Assembly (NCBI GenBank): GCA_963812015.1
Contig: CAWETI010000002.1
Coordinates: 1 to 64,000 of the forward strand
From: an uncultured delta proteobacterium
GTDB lineage: Bacteria; Desulfobacterota; Desulfobaccia; Desulfobaccales; 0-14-0-80-60-11
Length of the DNA: 64,000 bases
Reading direction: 5' to 3'
A program made the position numbers and the translations under genes. The notes under the pieces are model-generated. The model was not told the origin of the DNA and ran no database searches. It was given only the letters and a program-made list of their open reading frames with translations. Below, piece by piece: positions 61,134-64,000 of this stretch. Position 1 is the stretch's first letter. Each line of letters begins with the position of its first letter.

Positions 61134-62303
61134 TCATGATGTGCCGCCTGACCGGGCCGATGCCGCGGCCCCGGCCCCGGCCAAGACCTCTTGGCGCTTA
61201 CCTTCCAGGGTACCCATGAGGGAGTCAAAGGGCTGGTTGAACTTCTCCACCCCTTCGTCTTCCAGTTGCTGGGTGGCCTGGTCGAGGTCGATCCCCAGCT
61301 CCGGCAGGCGCGCCAGGGAGCCGGCGGCCAGGTCCAGCCCCTCCGTCAAGCGGGGGGCCGGATCGCCGTGGTCCCGGTAAGCCTCCAGGGTCTCCGGGGG
61401 CAGGGTGTTGACGGTGTCGGGGGCGATGAGGGGTTCCACGTACTTGACATCGGGGTACGCCGGGTTCTTGGTGCTGGTGCTGGCCCACAGGAGGCGCTGG
61501 GGCCGGGCCCCCCCCTCGGCCAGTTTCTTGAAGCGGGCGCTCCCGAAAATTTCCTGATAGATGCGGTAAGCTTCCTTGGCGCTGGCGATGGCCACCTGGC
61601 CGATCAGTTCCCGCGCTCCCGGGGCCTGGGGCCCACCGGAGGCCGCCAGTTTTTCCAGTTGGGGGTCCAGGAGCACGTCGATGCGGCTCAGGAAGAAACT
61701 GGCCACCGAAGCCACCCGGTCAAGGGGCTGGCCCTGGGCCGCCCGGGCCTCCAGGCCGGCGATATAGGCCTCGGCCACTTCCCGGTAGCGGGGCAGGCCG
61801 AAGAGCAGGGTGACGTTGACGTTGATGCCCTCGCTGATAAGCTGCCGGATGGCCGGCAGGCCCTCTCGGGTGGCGGGCACCTTGATCAGGACATTGGGGC
61901 GGGAGAGGGCCTGCCACAAGCGCCGGGCCTCCGTGATGGTGCCCTGGCTGTCGTGGGCCAGGTGGGGGTTGACCTCCAGGCTGACGAAGCCGTCTTGGCC
62001 TGCCAGCCGGTCATACCCCGGCCGGAAGAGGTCAGCGGCCCGCCCGACGTCTTCCACGGTGAGGGTCTGGTAGATCGCGTCGATGGAGGCCCCCGCCTGG
62101 ACCAGGGCGCGGATGGCCTCGTCGTAGTCGCGGCTGCCGGCAATGGCCTTTTGGAAAATGGCGGGGTTGGACGTGACCCCCTTGAGGCCGTCGTCGTCGA
62201 TGAGCTTTTGGAGTTCCCCGGAGTCGATCATCTGCCGGCGGATATAGTCCAGCCAGATACTCTGGCCAAAGGCGCCCAGTTTCAGCAAGGGGTTCTCTTT
62301 CAT
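61134..62303 (-). CDS. tal: Transaldolase
   Basis: SIWLD, GVTSNP.IF, VSLEV, IKVPAT, NVTLLF, LWASTSTK. Confidence 0.96.
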   Translation of the reverse strand: MKENPLLKLGAFGQSIWLDYIRRQMIDSGELQKLIDDDGLKGVTSNPAIFQKAIAGSRDYDEAIRALVQAGASIDAIYQTLTVEDVGRAADLFRPGYDRLAGQDGFVSLEVNPHLAHDSQGTITEARRLWQALSRPNVLIKVPATREGLPAIRQLISEGINVNVTLLFGLPRYREVAEAYIAGLEARAAQGQPLDRVASVASFFLSRIDVLLDPQLEKLAASGGPQAPGARELIGQVAIASAKEAYRIYQEIFGSARFKKLAEGGARPQRLLWASTSTKNPAYPDVKYVEPLIAPDTVNTLPPETLEAYRDHGDPAPRLTEGLDLAAGSLARLPELGIDLDQATQQLEDEGVEKFNQPFDSLMGTLEGKRQEVLAGAGAAASARSGGTS

Positions 62304-62758
62304 GCCGGTTGCTCCTGTTTTTCCAGGGCTTTGACCTTAGCGAGGCGCCGTTTGAACCGCTCCGCCCCCTTGAAGCTGGCCTTCAAAAAGGCTTTAATCA
62401 GCTCCGCGGCCAGGGCATAACAGGTAACGCGCCCCCCCAGGCACATGATGTTCATGTCGTCGTCCTCCACCCCCTGGTGGGCGGAGTAGGGGTCGGTGAT
62501 GAGCGCGCCCCGGGCCCCCGGCACCTTGTTCACCGCCACGCAGGCGCCCACGCCGCTGCCGCAAACAGCTATGCCCCGGTCCACTTCGCCTCGGGCCACC
62601 GCCCGGGCCAGGGGCGCCACCAAGTCGGGGTAATCATCCTGGGGGGCGTACTCGTTGGCGCCGAAGTCCACCACCTCGTGGCCCAGGGTCTTGAGTTCTT
62701 CCTTCAGTTGTTCCTTCAGTTCGAAGCCACCGTGATCCGCGGCGATGCCCAGACGCAT
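62300..62758 (-). CDS. rpiB: Ribose-5-phosphate isomerase B
   Basis: ADHGG, DYPD, CGSGVG, NKVPG; start ATG 62758. Confidence 0.93.
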   Translation of the reverse strand: MRLGIAADHGGFELKEQLKEELKTLGHEVVDFGANEYAPQDDYPDLVAPLARAVARGEVDRGIAVCGSGVGACVAVNKVPGARGALITDPYSAHQGVEDDDMNIMCLGGRVTCYALAAELIKAFLKASFKGAERFKRRLAKVKALEKQEQPA

Positions 62759-62827
62759 ATATTTCACCTTTCTCGGTTTGATGGATAGGGGCGCAGGGCG
62801 CACCCTGGGAAAAGCTCTGAAAGGGTT

Positions 62828-62855
62828 GTAAGGGCGGTTCGCAAACCGCCCCTAC
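62828..62855. repeat. GTAG-family REP palindrome (degenerate copy of 52335-52362)
   Basis: GTAAGGGCGGTTCGCAAACCGCCCCTAC. Confidence 0.75.
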
Positions 62856-62871
62856 CGCAGTCATCCCTATT

Positions 62872-64000
62872 CTATTTCCCCTGCTTGATCTGCTTCACCA
62901 GCTTGACGATGGCGCTCCGGGAGATCTCCTCGAAATCCAGGAGTTCCGCTGGCTTGCCGGTTTGGGGTTTCTTGGTCACCGCCAGGGAATAGACGGGCGC
63001 CGGGTGGGGGGCCAGGGCTGCCATGACCGCCTCGCCGATGCCGCCGGCGGGATAATGGTCTTCCACGGTGATCAGGCCTTGGGTGGCTTTGGCGGCCGCC
63101 AGCAAGGTGGCGGCGTCCACCGGCTTGACGCTATAGAGGTCGATGACCCGGATAGTGATCCCCTCTTGCTGCAAGGCATCGTAGGCCGCCAGGGCTTCAA
63201 ACAGGGTGACGCCGGCGCCGATGACCGTGGCCACATCTTGGTCGCTTTGCCGCAGCACCTTGCAGCCGCCAATAGGAAATTCCTCCTCGGGGCCGTAGAT
63301 GATGGGAGTAGCCATGCGGGTGGTGCGGATATAGACGATGCCGGAGTGTTGCAGGGCGGCCTCCACCAGTCGCTCGGTGGACACGGCATCCCCGGGGTAG
63401 AGCACCACGCTGTTTAAAACCGCCCGGAACATGGCCAGGTCCTCCAGGCCCATCTGGGACGGCCCGTCTTCGCCGATGGAAACCCCGGCATGGGACCCGG
63501 CGAACTTGAGGTTGGGCTCGCTGTACTGGCTCATGCGGATCTGGTCGAAGGCCCGGGAGAAAAAGGCCGCAAAGGTGGAGAGGAAGGGGATCTTGCCCCG
63601 GGTGGCCAGCCCCAACCCCGCGCCCACCATGTTTTGCTCGGCGATGTACATTTCGAAAAACTGCTTGGGATAGGCGTCCTCGAAGATCTCGGCGTAGGTG
63701 GAGTTGCTCACCTCGGCATCCAGGCTGACCAGGTGGGGAAATTGCGGAAAAAGCCGCTTTAAGGCGTTGCCGTAGGCCTTGCGGGTGGCCAGGGAGGTCC
63801 CCGGCGCGTAGGCCAGGAGGGCGGCGGGTTGGGGCGCAACCGTCGCCGGTTTCAGGTCCAGGGGCGGGGCCACGACGCCCCGGACCGATTTATCCACCGG
63901 GCCTAACTCCGGTAAGGCCTTGGCCAGCTCTTCCTGGGTTAGGGTCTTGCCGTGCCAGCCGTTTTTGTCCTCCAGGAACGAGACCCCTTTGCCCTTGATG
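62872..64000 (-). CDS. tkt: Transketolase, 5' part lies outside the window
   Basis: Frame is open to the window edge (KGKGVSFLEDKNGWHGK); IAEQNMV, GEDGPSQM, TVEDHY. Confidence 0.93.
   Translation of the reverse strand, partial: IKGKGVSFLEDKNGWHGKTLTQEELAKALPELGPVDKSVRGVVAPPLDLKPATVAPQPAALLAYAPGTSLATRKAYGNALKRLFPQFPHLVSLDAEVSNSTYAEIFEDAYPKQFFEMYIAEQNMVGAGLGLATRGKIPFLSTFAAFFSRAFDQIRMSQYSEPNLKFAGSHAGVSIGEDGPSQMGLEDLAMFRAVLNSVVLYPGDAVSTERLVEAALQHSGIVYIRTTRMATPIIYGPEEEFPIGGCKVLRQSDQDVATVIGAGVTLFEALAAYDALQQEGITIRVIDLYSVKPVDAATLLAAAKATQGLITVEDHYPAGGIGEAVMAALAPHPAPVYSLAVTKKPQTGKPAELLDFEEISRSAIVKLVKQIKQGK

Overview
High-GC bacterial chromosome segment. Gene content (HdrL, MvhD, sigma54 systems, TSUP/PPDK-like cluster) suggests an anaerobic Desulfobacterota-type organism; this is inference. 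From left to right: (1) the 3' two-thirds of tRNA-Sec; (2) a ~1.8 kb AT-rich islet bounded by a 35-bp direct repeat of the tRNA terminator; (3) a decayed receiver-domain gene and a likely Rex box, followed by an operon of a giant HdrA-GltD-HdrA fusion (HdrL type), a selenocysteine-containing MvhD that the ORF track truncates (in-frame TGA plus SECIS-like hairpin), metV and metF; (4) slyD and an ECF sigma/anti-sigma/Spy-like module interrupted by a ferritin-like gene; (5) gyrB and dnaN with two accessory genes between them and an oriC-like region that has no adjacent dnaA; (6) ilvD, RNase E/G and a UDPGP-like gene; (7) a ~14 kb sigma54-controlled cluster with two histidine kinases, a bEBP, a TSUP transporter, a PPDK-like His-phosphotransfer protein, stand-alone receivers, several USPs and a DUF202-like protein with 26 heptad repeats; (8) an orphan Tad-type secretin module; (9) slt, a TPR lipoprotein, manC and a radical SAM gene; (10) a NifA-like regulator lacking GAFTGA and both arginine fingers; (11) PPi-PFK and a pentose phosphate cluster (rpe, pgl, zwf, gnd, tal, rpiB, tkt, the last truncated by the window). 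I found no CRISPR array, integrase or transposase. All calls come from motif recognition by eye; no database searches were run.
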